46,097 nucleotides of DNA from Fidelibacterota bacterium (GTDB taxonomy: Bacteria > Fidelibacterota > Marinisomatia > Marinisomatales > S15-B10): contig JBHIAI010000005.1 of NCBI GenBank assembly GCA_046861655.1, positions 1 to 46,097 on the forward strand, written 5' to 3'. Positions 34,419-44,707 of this stretch are shown piece after piece; position 1 is the stretch's first letter; every line of letters starts with the position of its first letter. The position numbers and the translations under genes were made by a program. Under the pieces are notes generated by a model. It did no database searches. It worked only from the letters and a program-made list of their open reading frames with translations, and was not told the origin of the DNA.

Positions 34419-37280
34419 ATGGGACACCGTCTCAAATTCCTGGTGTTCGTTCTCGTTTTGGTCGTGGGAACTACGGGTGTTATGGCCGGAACCACCGGCA
34501 AGATCCAGGGAACTGTGAAGGATGAACAAACCGGGGACGCCCTGGTGGGCGTGAACGTGGTTCTTCAGGGAACCCAGCGGGGGGCGGCCACGGACTGGGA
34601 AGGATACTTCTTCGTTTCCAACATCCCACCTGGCACCTATACCGTCGTGTTCTCCATGATCGGTTACCGGGTCACGGAGGTCCACGACGTAAAGGTATGG
34701 ATAGACCGGACCACCGACGTACACGTTCAACTGGAAGAAACCGCCCTGGAAATGGAAGCCGTGGTGGTACAGGCTGAACGCCCCATCGTGCAGCCCGGTG
34801 TGACCAATAAAACCATTTCGCTCACCTCTGAAGAGATTGAAACTATGCCCATCCGGGAATCCCAGGACGTTCTCAAGCTGCAGGCAGGGGTAACCCAGGT
34901 GGAAGGATCGTTCAACAAAGTTGCCGGCTTCGAGGCCAGGGGGATTGACCAGACTCACGTCCGCGGCGGAAGGAGCGGAGAGATCGCGTACATGGTGGAT
35001 GGCATGTATGTGGAGGACGCTGTGTATGCCGGAATGGGGACGTTTGTTAACCGGGCAGCTATTGAAGAGATGAAGGTGGAAGTGGGGGGATTCAACGCGG
35101 AATACGGCGAGGCTCAGGCTGCGGTGGTGAATATCGTAACTAAGGAAGGCAGAAGTGCGTTCCACGGCTCCCTGGAAGCCAGTGGCAGCGGGTGGGCAGA
35201 TATTGACGGGACCGGGATGGGATTCAAGCCTTTGTCCACGTCCGATGCCCTGAGGGACTTTCACGATGTCCTCGCATCCTTTGGAGGTCCCGTTCCCTTC
35301 GTATCTGGATTGTCATTCTTCTTTTCGGGAGAACAGAAATTCAACCGTTACACTACCCTTAAGTTTGACGATATCACGTACGATTCCACCCTGATTACCG
35401 ATCCGAACGATCCCAACTTCGGCAAAACCGTTGGCGATACTACGTATGTTTTCGCCTACGGAAAAGAGCGCCAGGCCCATCCCTATGATACCTATGCCGG
35501 CTGGAAGGCATTGGGCTTTGACAGTAAGTGGGATTATTCGATCAAGTTGACCTACCGGCCTTTCGGGGGAGTCAAGATCAATCTGCTCCACCGAACCGCC
35601 CAGCGCCAGTTCCGGAACTATGAGAACGCCTGGCGATTCGCTGAAAATGTCCGCCACATTACCACCGATCTGACCTCACAGCAGGGACTCACCTGGAGCC
35701 ACAACGTGAGCCCAACCACTTACTATACCGTTAACTTCAATCGCTTCTGGAAGGACCGGTATTACCGGACGCCTGGTCTCCACGGGGATGAGTTTGGACC
35801 TGGACTTAACCCAAGTGACTACAACCACGACCCGGAGGGTCTGGGAGCCCCGGACGATCCCGATGAGCTGTGGCACTGGACTCCAGATCAGCCAGACCAT
35901 CCCAGCCCCCGTTCTCTGAGCGGGTTCTATCAACCCCTCCAGACGGTGGGATACGATTCCACCCGGGGCGTCTACGTCTATACCGGGGGACTGATGCGCT
36001 ACTGGCACCGGGATTTCCAGCAATCCTACGGCGTGAAGGCAGACCTGACCAGCCAGGCCAGCAGGCGCCACGAAATCAAGACTGGATTTGAAATCCGTCG
36101 GTACGATATCTACTTCCGGGAGATACAGCTTCCTTACCTGGAAAGCCCTTACGCCGACAACTACTTTGAGCATCCTCAGGAGGGGTCCGCGTACCTCCAG
36201 GACGGTATCAATCTGGACCGGGTCATCATCAACATCGGAGGGCGGTTCGACTACTCCGACTCGCGGGGAGCCCTGTGGACGAACCCCAAGGACCCCACTT
36301 CGAAGGTGGTTCGGGGAAGGAAAAAATGGCAGGTGAGCCCCCGGTTGGGATTCGGCTACAGCATCACCGACAAGACAGCCTTTCACTTCAATTACGGCCA
36401 CTTCTTTCAGGTGCCGTCCTACCGGGATCTCTACGTGGGTGCCGCTACCCGGGACTTAAGTACACCTCTGCCTCTCATCGGAAATCCCCATATGAAGGCC
36501 GAACGGACTACTCAGTATGAGTTTGGAATCAAACAACAGGTGGGGAGAACATGGGGCGTTGACGTCACCGCATGGACGAAGGCCATTACGGGCCTGTCCG
36601 GGACGGTCAATATCATCGGGTTTGATCCCGACAGCCTGGGCCTGTACAGCTACTACAACTTTGACAACTACGACCACGGAACCTCCCGGGGAATTGATGT
36701 AACGGTGGAGAAACGCTTCAGCCATGCCTTCATGGGGAAACTCAACTACACCTATTCTGTGGCCAAGGCAAACCGTTACTATTCCTGGACGGGATACTGG
36801 AACCAGGAAACGGAGGAAACCGAGCCCAAACGGGAACTTCTCATGCCCTACGATCAGCCCCACGTATTGGACGCCTGGCTGTACGTGGAGCTTCCCGGCC
36901 GGTTTGGACCCCAACTCATGGGAACTCATCCCTTTGAGCTCTGGTCGTTCAGTTTCATATTCTCCTATCAGAGCGGATATCCTTACACCCCTGTCACCGG
37001 TTCCAGGCTCACGGGGGAACCCATGTCTGCCCGGTCGCCGGCCCGGATGCGTGTGGATGCGGATATTCAGCGGGCTTTCTGGGTCTGGGGCATGAAACTG
37101 GGAATCTTTGCCCGGATACTGAACCTGTTCGATCGTCTCAACCCTCTGACGGTGTACTCGTCCACCGGCAGTCCCACTGAACCTGATCCGGTGGCGACTG
37201 GATACAGTACCCGGTTCGATCGACCCGATTTCTTCGATATCCGACGGCAGATCGATTTGGGCTTCAGGCTGCAGTTCTGA
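34419..37280 (+). CDS. TonB-dependent receptor with N-terminal carboxypeptidase-regulatory-like domain
   Basis: ATG 34419 with AAGGAG SD; GTTGKIQGTVKD; plug HVRGGRSGE..GGFNAEYG; SPRLG; C-terminal F. Confidence 0.93.
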   Translation: MGHRLKFLVFVLVLVVGTTGVMAGTTGKIQGTVKDEQTGDALVGVNVVLQGTQRGAATDWEGYFFVSNIPPGTYTVVFSMIGYRVTEVHDVKVWIDRTTDVHVQLEETALEMEAVVVQAERPIVQPGVTNKTISLTSEEIETMPIRESQDVLKLQAGVTQVEGSFNKVAGFEARGIDQTHVRGGRSGEIAYMVDGMYVEDAVYAGMGTFVNRAAIEEMKVEVGGFNAEYGEAQAAVVNIVTKEGRSAFHGSLEASGSGWADIDGTGMGFKPLSTSDALRDFHDVLASFGGPVPFVSGLSFFFSGEQKFNRYTTLKFDDITYDSTLITDPNDPNFGKTVGDTTYVFAYGKERQAHPYDTYAGWKALGFDSKWDYSIKLTYRPFGGVKINLLHRTAQRQFRNYENAWRFAENVRHITTDLTSQQGLTWSHNVSPTTYYTVNFNRFWKDRYYRTPGLHGDEFGPGLNPSDYNHDPEGLGAPDDPDELWHWTPDQPDHPSPRSLSGFYQPLQTVGYDSTRGVYVYTGGLMRYWHRDFQQSYGVKADLTSQASRRHEIKTGFEIRRYDIYFREIQLPYLESPYADNYFEHPQEGSAYLQDGINLDRVIINIGGRFDYSDSRGALWTNPKDPTSKVVRGRKKWQVSPRLGFGYSITDKTAFHFNYGHFFQVPSYRDLYVGAATRDLSTPLPLIGNPHMKAERTTQYEFGIKQQVGRTWGVDVTAWTKAITGLSGTVNIIGFDPDSLGLYSYYNFDNYDHGTSRGIDVTVEKRFSHAFMGKLNYTYSVAKANRYYSWTGYWNQETEETEPKRELLMPYDQPHVLDAWLYVELPGRFGPQLMGTHPFELWSFSFIFSYQSGYPYTPVTGSRLTGEPMSARSPARMRVDADIQRAFWVWGMKLGIFARILNLFDRLNPLTVYSSTGSPTEPDPVATGYSTRFDRPDFFDIRRQIDLGFRLQF

Positions 37281-37326
37281 TGGACCCCTCCACCCCCTCG
37301 GGGTACCACGAAAGGAGGTTTTCCCG

Positions 37327-40300
37327 GTGAAGATTATTCCCTCTCGATGGTCCTGGATCGCCGTTGTGGTCCTCGCGGGACCTGCCGTTGTTGTGTCAGC
37401 CAGCCGTGAAGAGAAAATGAAACAGCGGATTCGCCGTTTGCAGAAGGCGGCCAAATCCACGGACTACGCGGTGGGCCTCATCGATGCGGGGAAACTTCAG
37501 CACGGCCTGGATAACAGCGGAAACCTGGCCAGCATCTGGGGTTGGAATTCTGAACTCTACCTGGCCCTGCCGGGAGCCTGGTACAAAGGATACGGCTACA
37601 TTCCCGACCTGTCCATGATGATCGGCGTTCCCGAAGGCCCCTGGACCCCCAGGTACCTGGATACGGCTTCGAACGACACGCTGAGCTTCGGTCCCAGCGT
37701 CACAGAAGAGAATGTGGGCGGAGACTGGGGTCCCGCTGCGGGCCACCTTGGCAAGTACCATTCGGGAAACATCACTATCGATGAGATATCGGCAAGAGGA
37801 TCACCCCCGCCGTTCCCCGTTATGGCCACCAGTACCGACCCCGAGACCTGGCCCGAATCGGGATGGCCCGGAGAGTGGGCGGTGGACGCGGGACCCGATG
37901 GCATCGCAAGGACACAAGACGATTCGGTCCTGACCGGTCAATTCACCGGCGACAAGGAACTGTTTTTCGCGATGAACGATTTCGACTTAAACGACAGGGG
38001 CCTTAAATACGCAGAAGCTGATGATCAGACTACCCAGGGCCATTCTCTCGGTATCGAAATGCTCATTCAGGCCATCGGATACGGTCGCTCCTTTGCGGAA
38101 GACTTCATTTTCTTTCCCATGAAAATCGTGTACACCGGTGAGGATACCCTCAGGGGAGTGTACCTCGGGTTCTACATTGACGTGGATGCGCCCGAATACA
38201 GCGAAGGGGGAACCATCAATCATCGTGAAGACTGGATGGCGTTCCTCCGGGAGGAGTACGATGCCGATCTCGATACAACTTACCGTTATAATATGGGATA
38301 CATTTACGATCAGGAATCTGCCCCCTACTCCGGATCGGGTCCTATCGCCTATACGAGCATAAAATTGCTCGAGACGCCCCTGGCCACGGAAGAGATCGAC
38401 CTGGATGGAGACGGTGAAATCGATATTGAGGAAGGGGAACAGCTCGGTATCACAGACTGGCACTGGTTCCGGTGGGAAAACCGACCCGGGGTCATAAAAA
38501 GCGACTGGCAGGAATGGGAACAATACAAGCTCTTGAGCGGGGGAAGCCGGGCGAGCCTGTGGGACCATAAGAAGAACGGCTGGGGCGATTTCAAAGTCAG
38601 CCAGGGAGACCTCTTCATGAAAGACACCCTCTCTGACGGCCGGATCTTCGAATTGACCAGCCAGCACATTGCCGAGGACGCCTGGTTCCACCCGGATGAA
38701 GACGGAAAACTGAATCCCCATTTCGACGACTACACGATCATGCAGAGGGAGAATTGGAATGATCTGGATTGCGTCTTCATCATGAGCAGCGGACCGTTTA
38801 CCCTTTCCCCCGGGGACAGCACAACATTTTCCTTCGGCCTCATTATGGGGGACGACCTCGAAGACCTGAAACTGAACGCCCGGGCGGCCCAAATCATGTA
38901 CAATCTCAACTACCTGGGGGCGAATCCTCCCAGAGCCCCTGAAGTCACAGCCGTTCCAGGTGATGAGAAAGTGACCCTCTACTGGGACGACGCTTCGGAA
39001 ACCTCCGAAGATATTCTCACCCGGTACCCCGACTTTGAAGGTTACAAGATTTACAGGACCACGGTCCATCCCGCCAACAACCAGTGGGGTACCATCATCA
39101 CCGATGGGCAGGGCAATGAGGTGGGCTTTGAACCTCTGGCCCAGTTTGACGTGGTAGACGGTATCAGCGGCCTCGACCCCGTTTATCCTTATCTCAACCG
39201 GGGAAATGAGAGCGGTCTCGTCCATTCCTGGACCGATACGGACGTTCACAACGGTGTAACTTACTGGTACAGCGTCACAGCCTACGACAGGGGAATAAGC
39301 GCGGAAAACGATTCCTCTTTCAATCCCGACGACTGGGCAGATCTGAATTATCTCGAAAACGCCAAGGGCAATAACCCGGATGCCGTGCCCAATCTGGTAG
39401 AAGTGGTTCCCGGCCGTAAGCCCCTGGGGTACGAACCTCCCGAACTGTCCAGACTCCATCCGGATCCCGACTCTCTCGGGAAAGGTTCCATCGACGTACT
39501 GCTTTTGAACCCGGATGAAGCGGAAGAGACTCACACCTACACCCTTGCCTTCGATGACACCACGTTGACCGATACACTCCTGTATTCCGTTTGGGATGAG
39601 GACGGAAACGTCCTTGTGAACAAGAGTGGGAGAACGGGAGGAGACGACGGCGGTAAGGTGTTCAACGGTGTTCGCCTGATCATAGATGAGTATGAGACCG
39701 TGGAGTACCTGGAGAGTACGTGGATGCGGGTGGTGGGGGACACCAGCAATATGACCTTCGGTCCCCTTGCGGCCGCTGACTCAAAACAGCCCTGGGACTA
39801 CGTCATTGAATTCAAAGGAAATCCTGGAGATACGGCCCTGAGCTTTGCCCTCTACAATGCAACGCGGGACCCGGACACGGCCGTCCTGGATACTACCTTG
39901 GATATTTCCGGTGATGAAGGAGAGAAGACCTTCGTATTTGAGGAAGACGTGGAGGGGGTGACGATCCCCACCTGGTCCTATACCATATCCTGGGAAACCC
40001 AGTCCATTCCCATCGACACGGCCATCATAGGGACCGATACGACAGTCCACTATCAGGAGATTCCTCCGTGGCCCCCTTCGGCTGGAGATAAACTGTGGAT
40101 ACGGACCAAGAAACTCTTCACCTCTGAAGATTCGTACACGTTTACCGTTGAGGGTTCAGCCACGAAGGAAACGGTGGGGGAGGACGAACTCAAAGAGGTA
40201 CGCGTGGTTCCCAACCCGTACATCGTTACTGCAGAATGGGAGCTGAACGCGAACAGAAGAAAAATCGCCTTCACCAACCTGCCCCCGACGTGCACGATCT

Positions 40301-40482
40301 ATATCTACACGCTGACGGGGGACCTGGTCAGGAAAATCAGCCGGAGATCGTCAACCACGGGATGGGAGTACTGGAACCTTCTGAACGAGAGTAACCAGAT
40401 GGTAGCCTACGGTCTGTACGTGTACGTGGTAGAGATTCCCGGAGGGACCAAGACCGCAGGCAAGTTCGTCGTCATACGGTGA
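37327..40482 (+). CDS. large secreted protein with FN3-like domain and T9SS/FlgD-like C-terminal domain
   Basis: Signal peptide; DFEGYKIYR, YWYSVTAYD; DxDxDG motifs; VVPNPY..IYTLTGDLVR..GLYVY..GKFVVIR. Confidence 0.85.
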   Translation: MKIIPSRWSWIAVVVLAGPAVVVSASREEKMKQRIRRLQKAAKSTDYAVGLIDAGKLQHGLDNSGNLASIWGWNSELYLALPGAWYKGYGYIPDLSMMIGVPEGPWTPRYLDTASNDTLSFGPSVTEENVGGDWGPAAGHLGKYHSGNITIDEISARGSPPPFPVMATSTDPETWPESGWPGEWAVDAGPDGIARTQDDSVLTGQFTGDKELFFAMNDFDLNDRGLKYAEADDQTTQGHSLGIEMLIQAIGYGRSFAEDFIFFPMKIVYTGEDTLRGVYLGFYIDVDAPEYSEGGTINHREDWMAFLREEYDADLDTTYRYNMGYIYDQESAPYSGSGPIAYTSIKLLETPLATEEIDLDGDGEIDIEEGEQLGITDWHWFRWENRPGVIKSDWQEWEQYKLLSGGSRASLWDHKKNGWGDFKVSQGDLFMKDTLSDGRIFELTSQHIAEDAWFHPDEDGKLNPHFDDYTIMQRENWNDLDCVFIMSSGPFTLSPGDSTTFSFGLIMGDDLEDLKLNARAAQIMYNLNYLGANPPRAPEVTAVPGDEKVTLYWDDASETSEDILTRYPDFEGYKIYRTTVHPANNQWGTIITDGQGNEVGFEPLAQFDVVDGISGLDPVYPYLNRGNESGLVHSWTDTDVHNGVTYWYSVTAYDRGISAENDSSFNPDDWADLNYLENAKGNNPDAVPNLVEVVPGRKPLGYEPPELSRLHPDPDSLGKGSIDVLLLNPDEAEETHTYTLAFDDTTLTDTLLYSVWDEDGNVLVNKSGRTGGDDGGKVFNGVRLIIDEYETVEYLESTWMRVVGDTSNMTFGPLAAADSKQPWDYVIEFKGNPGDTALSFALYNATRDPDTAVLDTTLDISGDEGEKTFVFEEDVEGVTIPTWSYTISWETQSIPIDTAIIGTDTTVHYQEIPPWPPSAGDKLWIRTKKLFTSEDSYTFTVEGSATKETVGEDELKEVRVVPNPYIVTAEWELNANRRKIAFTNLPPTCTIYIYTLTGDLVRKISRRSSTTGWEYWNLLNESNQMVAYGLYVYVVEIPGGTKTAGKFVVIR

Positions 40483-40492
40483 GATAGAACCT

Positions 40493-41344
40493 ATGATCAA
40501 CTCAAACCGACCCTATCGCCGGATACTGCTTGTGGCGGCAGTGTCCATCTTTGTCTTTCATTGCGAAAAAGAAGAGGACGTTTTGGGCCCCGGTAAGGAA
40601 GGCCTTAGACCCACTCATGCGGTGGTTACCATGGATAAGGATCTGATCCTTTCGTCTGGGCGCGATTCGTCCCTGTGGCAGGTTCAGCTTGTTCGGGAGA
40701 TAGGCCTGGATACGGAGGTGTTCAGGTCCGTCTACACCGTGAATATGCTCACCGACCGACACGGATACTTTCTCTCCGAGGGAAAGAAACGGAGTGAAAT
40801 CACGTTCGACACCGACGCGGACGGGAAGGCGAGCGTCACCTTTTATGGCTCCCGGGAGGCAGGTGTTTCCACTACCTTCGTATGGGGAGAGGGTTTCGGC
40901 CTGGATACCGTGACGGTTGCGGTGGTATCCGGGTACCCGCACTACCTCCGTCTCATCTTTCGGGATCCGGACAGCGGAATAGGGATGGACACCGATACTC
41001 TGAGGTCCGGCCGGCGTCTTTCCCGTCCGGACAGCACCGGAATCGAGATTACCGTACTGGACAGAGAGCAGGAACCGCTGGAGGGCGTCACGGTGAACCT
41101 GTCCAACGGAAGTCCTCCCGTGGGGTCCGGAGCCTTTGGGTACTTCGGCTCCCTGGGGACCCCGGATGAGGAATCCTCACTGGGTCTGGTCGTGACCAAC
41201 GCTTCCGGTACGGGTACGGATGTGTACTATTCAGACGTGGCTCCTGCCATCGGTTCCCAGGATCTGTCCATCATAGCCACGGTGGAACCGGCCCGGTTTG
41301 GCAGCATTTCCCTGTCGAAAACCATTACCATCATTCCTCCGTAA
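40493..41344 (+). CDS. lipoprotein with Ig-like (Big/invasin-like) domains
   Basis: Signal ending VFHC; TDADGKA and TNASGTG turns; VLDREQEPLEGVTVNL. Confidence 0.7.
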   Translation: MINSNRPYRRILLVAAVSIFVFHCEKEEDVLGPGKEGLRPTHAVVTMDKDLILSSGRDSSLWQVQLVREIGLDTEVFRSVYTVNMLTDRHGYFLSEGKKRSEITFDTDADGKASVTFYGSREAGVSTTFVWGEGFGLDTVTVAVVSGYPHYLRLIFRDPDSGIGMDTDTLRSGRRLSRPDSTGIEITVLDREQEPLEGVTVNLSNGSPPVGSGAFGYFGSLGTPDEESSLGLVVTNASGTGTDVYYSDVAPAIGSQDLSIIATVEPARFGSISLSKTITIIPP

Positions 41345-41466
41345 CCGTAATCGTTTGCCTTGAACTTCCTGAAGAAAACCACAGACGACACGGAGGAAGA
41401 ACCTTGACTATGAATAGTTGGGTAAGCGTGGTTGACGGGTAAACGGGAGCAAAGGAGATCTGGAGA

Positions 41467-42477
41467 ATGAAACGATTCGTCATCATTCTGTCCATTATGG
41501 CTCTGACTGGAGAGGGAAGGGCGCAGGGTTTCAGCAAGGTGGGAACGTCCGTGGCCCAGTTTTTGAAGTTTCCCGTTGACGCCCGGACCGCGGCTCTGGG
41601 AGGGACCCATTCCGGGATCTACGGCGACGTGGCATCCCTCCACTGGAATCCGGCGGGAATCGCCGCCGTGGACAGGGTATCCGTCGCTTTTTCCCATCTG
41701 GACCTTTACGTGGGAATCAAGCACTCCTTCGTAGGGGTGGTGGCGAAGGTGGGGAGAAACAACGCCGTGGGGGTGAGTGCCATCATCCTGGATTCAGGAG
41801 AAATCGAACAGACCACCATTGCCAGGCCGGAGGGGACAGGCTCCCTGTTTCGGGTGAGAAACTATGCGATCGGCTTGAGCTATGCCCGCTACGTTACTGA
41901 GTGGGTGATGTTGGGAACCACGGTAAAGTACATCCAGGAAAACCTGTGGAACGAAACAGCGGGCGGCGTGGCCGTTGACATAGGGTCGGTGCTGGAAACG
42001 GGCATTCTCGGCATGAAACTGGGGATGAATATCTCCAATTTTGGCACAGATCTGAGGCTAGAGGGTGATGATCTAAAGTTCACCTATGACACGGACAAGT
42101 TCACCATCGCCAGGGGGGCCGAACTCAAGACGGAAAGTTGGCCTCTGCCATGGAGATTTCAGGCTGGAGTGGCCGTCGACCTGGTGGGGGGATCCAGTCG
42201 GCTTGTCCAGAGCAAGGTTCACCGCCTCACCTTTCTTGGCCAGTACGACGAAGTGAACGATGCTGGATCAAGGGGGAATTTCGGTATCGAGTACCAGTGG
42301 AATAACCTCCTGTCCGGCCGTATCGGACAGTACAATGATCACGACACCGCCCGGTTCTCCTACGGACTGGGGGCTTCGTTCCGTTTGGCGGGACGGCGGT
42401 TTGACTTGGATTACGCCCTGGTGGACTTCGGTAGGCTCGATTTCGTCCACCACACCACCCTGGGTATCGCATTTTAG
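41467..42477 (+). CDS. PorV/PorQ-family outer membrane protein
   Basis: KVGTSVAQFLK..AR..ALGG, WNPAG, C-terminal DYA..H..TLGIAF. Confidence 0.88.
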   Translation: MKRFVIILSIMALTGEGRAQGFSKVGTSVAQFLKFPVDARTAALGGTHSGIYGDVASLHWNPAGIAAVDRVSVAFSHLDLYVGIKHSFVGVVAKVGRNNAVGVSAIILDSGEIEQTTIARPEGTGSLFRVRNYAIGLSYARYVTEWVMLGTTVKYIQENLWNETAGGVAVDIGSVLETGILGMKLGMNISNFGTDLRLEGDDLKFTYDTDKFTIARGAELKTESWPLPWRFQAGVAVDLVGGSSRLVQSKVHRLTFLGQYDEVNDAGSRGNFGIEYQWNNLLSGRIGQYNDHDTARFSYGLGASFRLAGRRFDLDYALVDFGRLDFVHHTTLGIAF

Positions 42478-42549
42478 GTGAAAGGGGTATTCCACGTTTT
42501 TCTTAGGCTATTGGCCTGATTGGACCTATATTTGTCTGAAATTAGATAA

Positions 42550-42651
42550 CCCCCCATTGTAAGAGAACGGCAAGTATACCACTCAAGTTAGTCAATCCCA
42601 GCTTCATATCGGTTTGTGCAGGTGTATCGGAGTTTTCTCTGCGATGGGGGT
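42550..42651 (+). promoter_or_regulatory. structured 5' leader of the cold-shock gene
   Basis: cccccattgtaagagaac pairs with gttttctctgcgatggggg (18 bp incl. G-U, one bulge); inner tatacc/ggtgta stem. Confidence 0.6.
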
Positions 42652-42690
42652 GCTGAGCAGGAGTAACAAGGAATAGAAAGGAAAGCCATC

Positions 42691-42906
42691 ATGGCAGAAC
42701 GGGAATCTGGCGTTGTGAAATGGTTCAATCCGAGAAAAGGCTACGGCTTCATACAACGGGAAAACGGGGGAGACGTATTCGTTCACTACTCATCCATCAG
42801 AGGAGACGGTTGGCGTACGCTCGAGGAAGGTGAAAAAGTCGAATTCGTGGTCAGCACTACCGATAAGGGTCTCCAGGCCTCTGACGTCACGATTATCCGG
42901 GAGTAA
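42691..42906 (+). CDS. cold-shock protein (CspA family)
   Basis: GVVKWFN..KGYGFI, DVFVHYS. Confidence 0.97.
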   Translation: MAERESGVVKWFNPRKGYGFIQRENGGDVFVHYSSIRGDGWRTLEEGEKVEFVVSTTDKGLQASDVTIIRE

Positions 42907-42929
42907 GAGGAACTCACCGCCTATCTCCT

Positions 42930-43220
42930 ATGCATCGACGAGACTTCCTGAAGACAGCCGTCGTTGCGGTGGCCGTTCCTTTGATTCCCCTCGGATTCGT
43001 AAGACCGCGTCCCCGTCGCGATCCCTCAGAACCCTCCGCTCCACGTGAAATCTTTCTGTCCCTTCAGGGAGATCCTTTCCGCAAGAGTTGTGACGGCCTC
43101 CATTCCTACGACCATGTTCCAGTAACGACCATGTGGGAGGATATGGTTCACTACCGGATGCCTCCCCCGTGGCGCGATCGGATGGTACTCGGACTGAATG
43201 CCGAGACCGGAGGTTTGTGA
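42930..43220 (+). CDS. small protein with twin-arginine-like signal
   Basis: MHRRDFLK + hydrophobic stretch; stop overlaps tldD GTG (GTGA). Confidence 0.55.
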   Translation: MHRRDFLKTAVVAVAVPLIPLGFVRPRPRRDPSEPSAPREIFLSLQGDPFRKSCDGLHSYDHVPVTTMWEDMVHYRMPPPWRDRMVLGLNAETGGL

Positions 43221-44707
43221 AGGACCTTCTCGATATTGCCCTGAACTCCGCCAGCCGGGGAGGGGTAACCTACGCCGACGTCCGTATATCCCGACACCGC
43301 AACCAAAGCATTTCCACCCGGGAGGACAGGATCGAGAGTGTGTCCAACCGCGAAAGCTATGGAGTGGGAGTGCGGGTCCTGAGAGATGGAACCTGGGGAT
43401 TCGCGGCCAGCCACCGGGTAACACCGGAAAGTATCGCTCAGGTGACCAACCGGGCTTTGGCTATTGCCAGGGCCAACCGTACCCGCCAGAGTCAACCCGT
43501 TGAGCTTGCTCCGGCCGGGAGCTATCAGGATCAGTGGGAAAGTCCCATCCAAACCGACCCCTTTGACGTCCCGGTCCAGGACAAGATCAATCTGCTTCTG
43601 ACCGTCAACGAGGAGGCACTGAAGGTGAAGGGAGCCCGCTTCTGCAGGTCCTTCATGTTATTATTGAACGAAGATAAACATTTTGCCTCTACGGAAGGGA
43701 CATACGTAAATCAGAATGTATACCGGGTTTGGCCTTCCTTCACGGTTACCGCGGTGGACTCCGAATCGGGTGAGTTCGAAACCCGGACGGCCGACGTTCT
43801 TCCCATGGGCAGGGGTTACGAATACGTGGAGGAAAGCGACCTGGTTTCCCTGGCTCCGGAAATGGCCGAGGAAGCGGTGCGGAAACTGACAGCAAGATCG
43901 GTAGAGCCGGGTAAGAAAGACCTGATTCTTCATCCCAGTCACCTTTGGCTGACCATCCACGAGTCGGTGGGCCATCCCACCGAACTGGACCGGGCTCTGG
44001 GATACGAGGCCAACTACGCGGGGACCAGCTTTCTCACTCCCGATAAGATGGGAAGACTTCAGTTTGGATCGGAAATCGTGAATTTCAAGGCGGACAAGAC
44101 CATTCCGGGCGGCCTGGCCACAGTGGGATATGACGATGACGGGGTAAGGACCACAGAGTGGTACCTGGTGGAGAACGGCGTCTTCGTGGATTATCAGACC
44201 ATTCGGGAACAGGTCCTGTGGCCTGAGTACCGCCGGGCCCGTCGGGAAGCCGGTCTTCCCGAGGTAGACCGGTCCTACGGGTGCTGTTATGCGGACAGCT
44301 GGAGTTCGATCCCTTTTCAGCGGATGCCCAACATTCACCTGGAACCCGGTAAGAAACCGCTGAGCCTGGACGATCTGATTGCCGACACGGAAGACGGGAT
44401 CTACATCGTGGGGGATGCCAGCTATTCCATCGACCAGCAGCGGTACAACTTTCAATTCAGCGGTCAGTCCTTCTACGAGATCAAGCATGGCAAGATAACG
44501 GCCATGTTGAGGGATGTGGCCTACCAGGCGAATACAGAGGAATTCTGGAACTCGTGTGATGCCATTTGCGATGAAAGATTCTGGGAAATGGGAGGATCTT
44601 ACTACGATGGCAAGGGTCAGCCCGGTCAGATCAACGCTGTAAGTCACGGCTGTTCCCCGGCCCGATTCCGGCGTGTGAATGTCCTGAATACACGAAAGCG
44701 GGTATGA
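43217..44707 (+). CDS. tldD: TldD-family metalloprotease subunit
   Basis: YADVRI, GTWGFA, HESVGHPTE (HExxxH), QRMPN, C-terminal SHG; likely GTG start 43217. Confidence 0.92.
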   Translation: MKDLLDIALNSASRGGVTYADVRISRHRNQSISTREDRIESVSNRESYGVGVRVLRDGTWGFAASHRVTPESIAQVTNRALAIARANRTRQSQPVELAPAGSYQDQWESPIQTDPFDVPVQDKINLLLTVNEEALKVKGARFCRSFMLLLNEDKHFASTEGTYVNQNVYRVWPSFTVTAVDSESGEFETRTADVLPMGRGYEYVEESDLVSLAPEMAEEAVRKLTARSVEPGKKDLILHPSHLWLTIHESVGHPTELDRALGYEANYAGTSFLTPDKMGRLQFGSEIVNFKADKTIPGGLATVGYDDDGVRTTEWYLVENGVFVDYQTIREQVLWPEYRRARREAGLPEVDRSYGCCYADSWSSIPFQRMPNIHLEPGKKPLSLDDLIADTEDGIYIVGDASYSIDQQRYNFQFSGQSFYEIKHGKITAMLRDVAYQANTEEFWNSCDAICDERFWEMGGSYYDGKGQPGQINAVSHGCSPARFRRVNVLNTRKRV

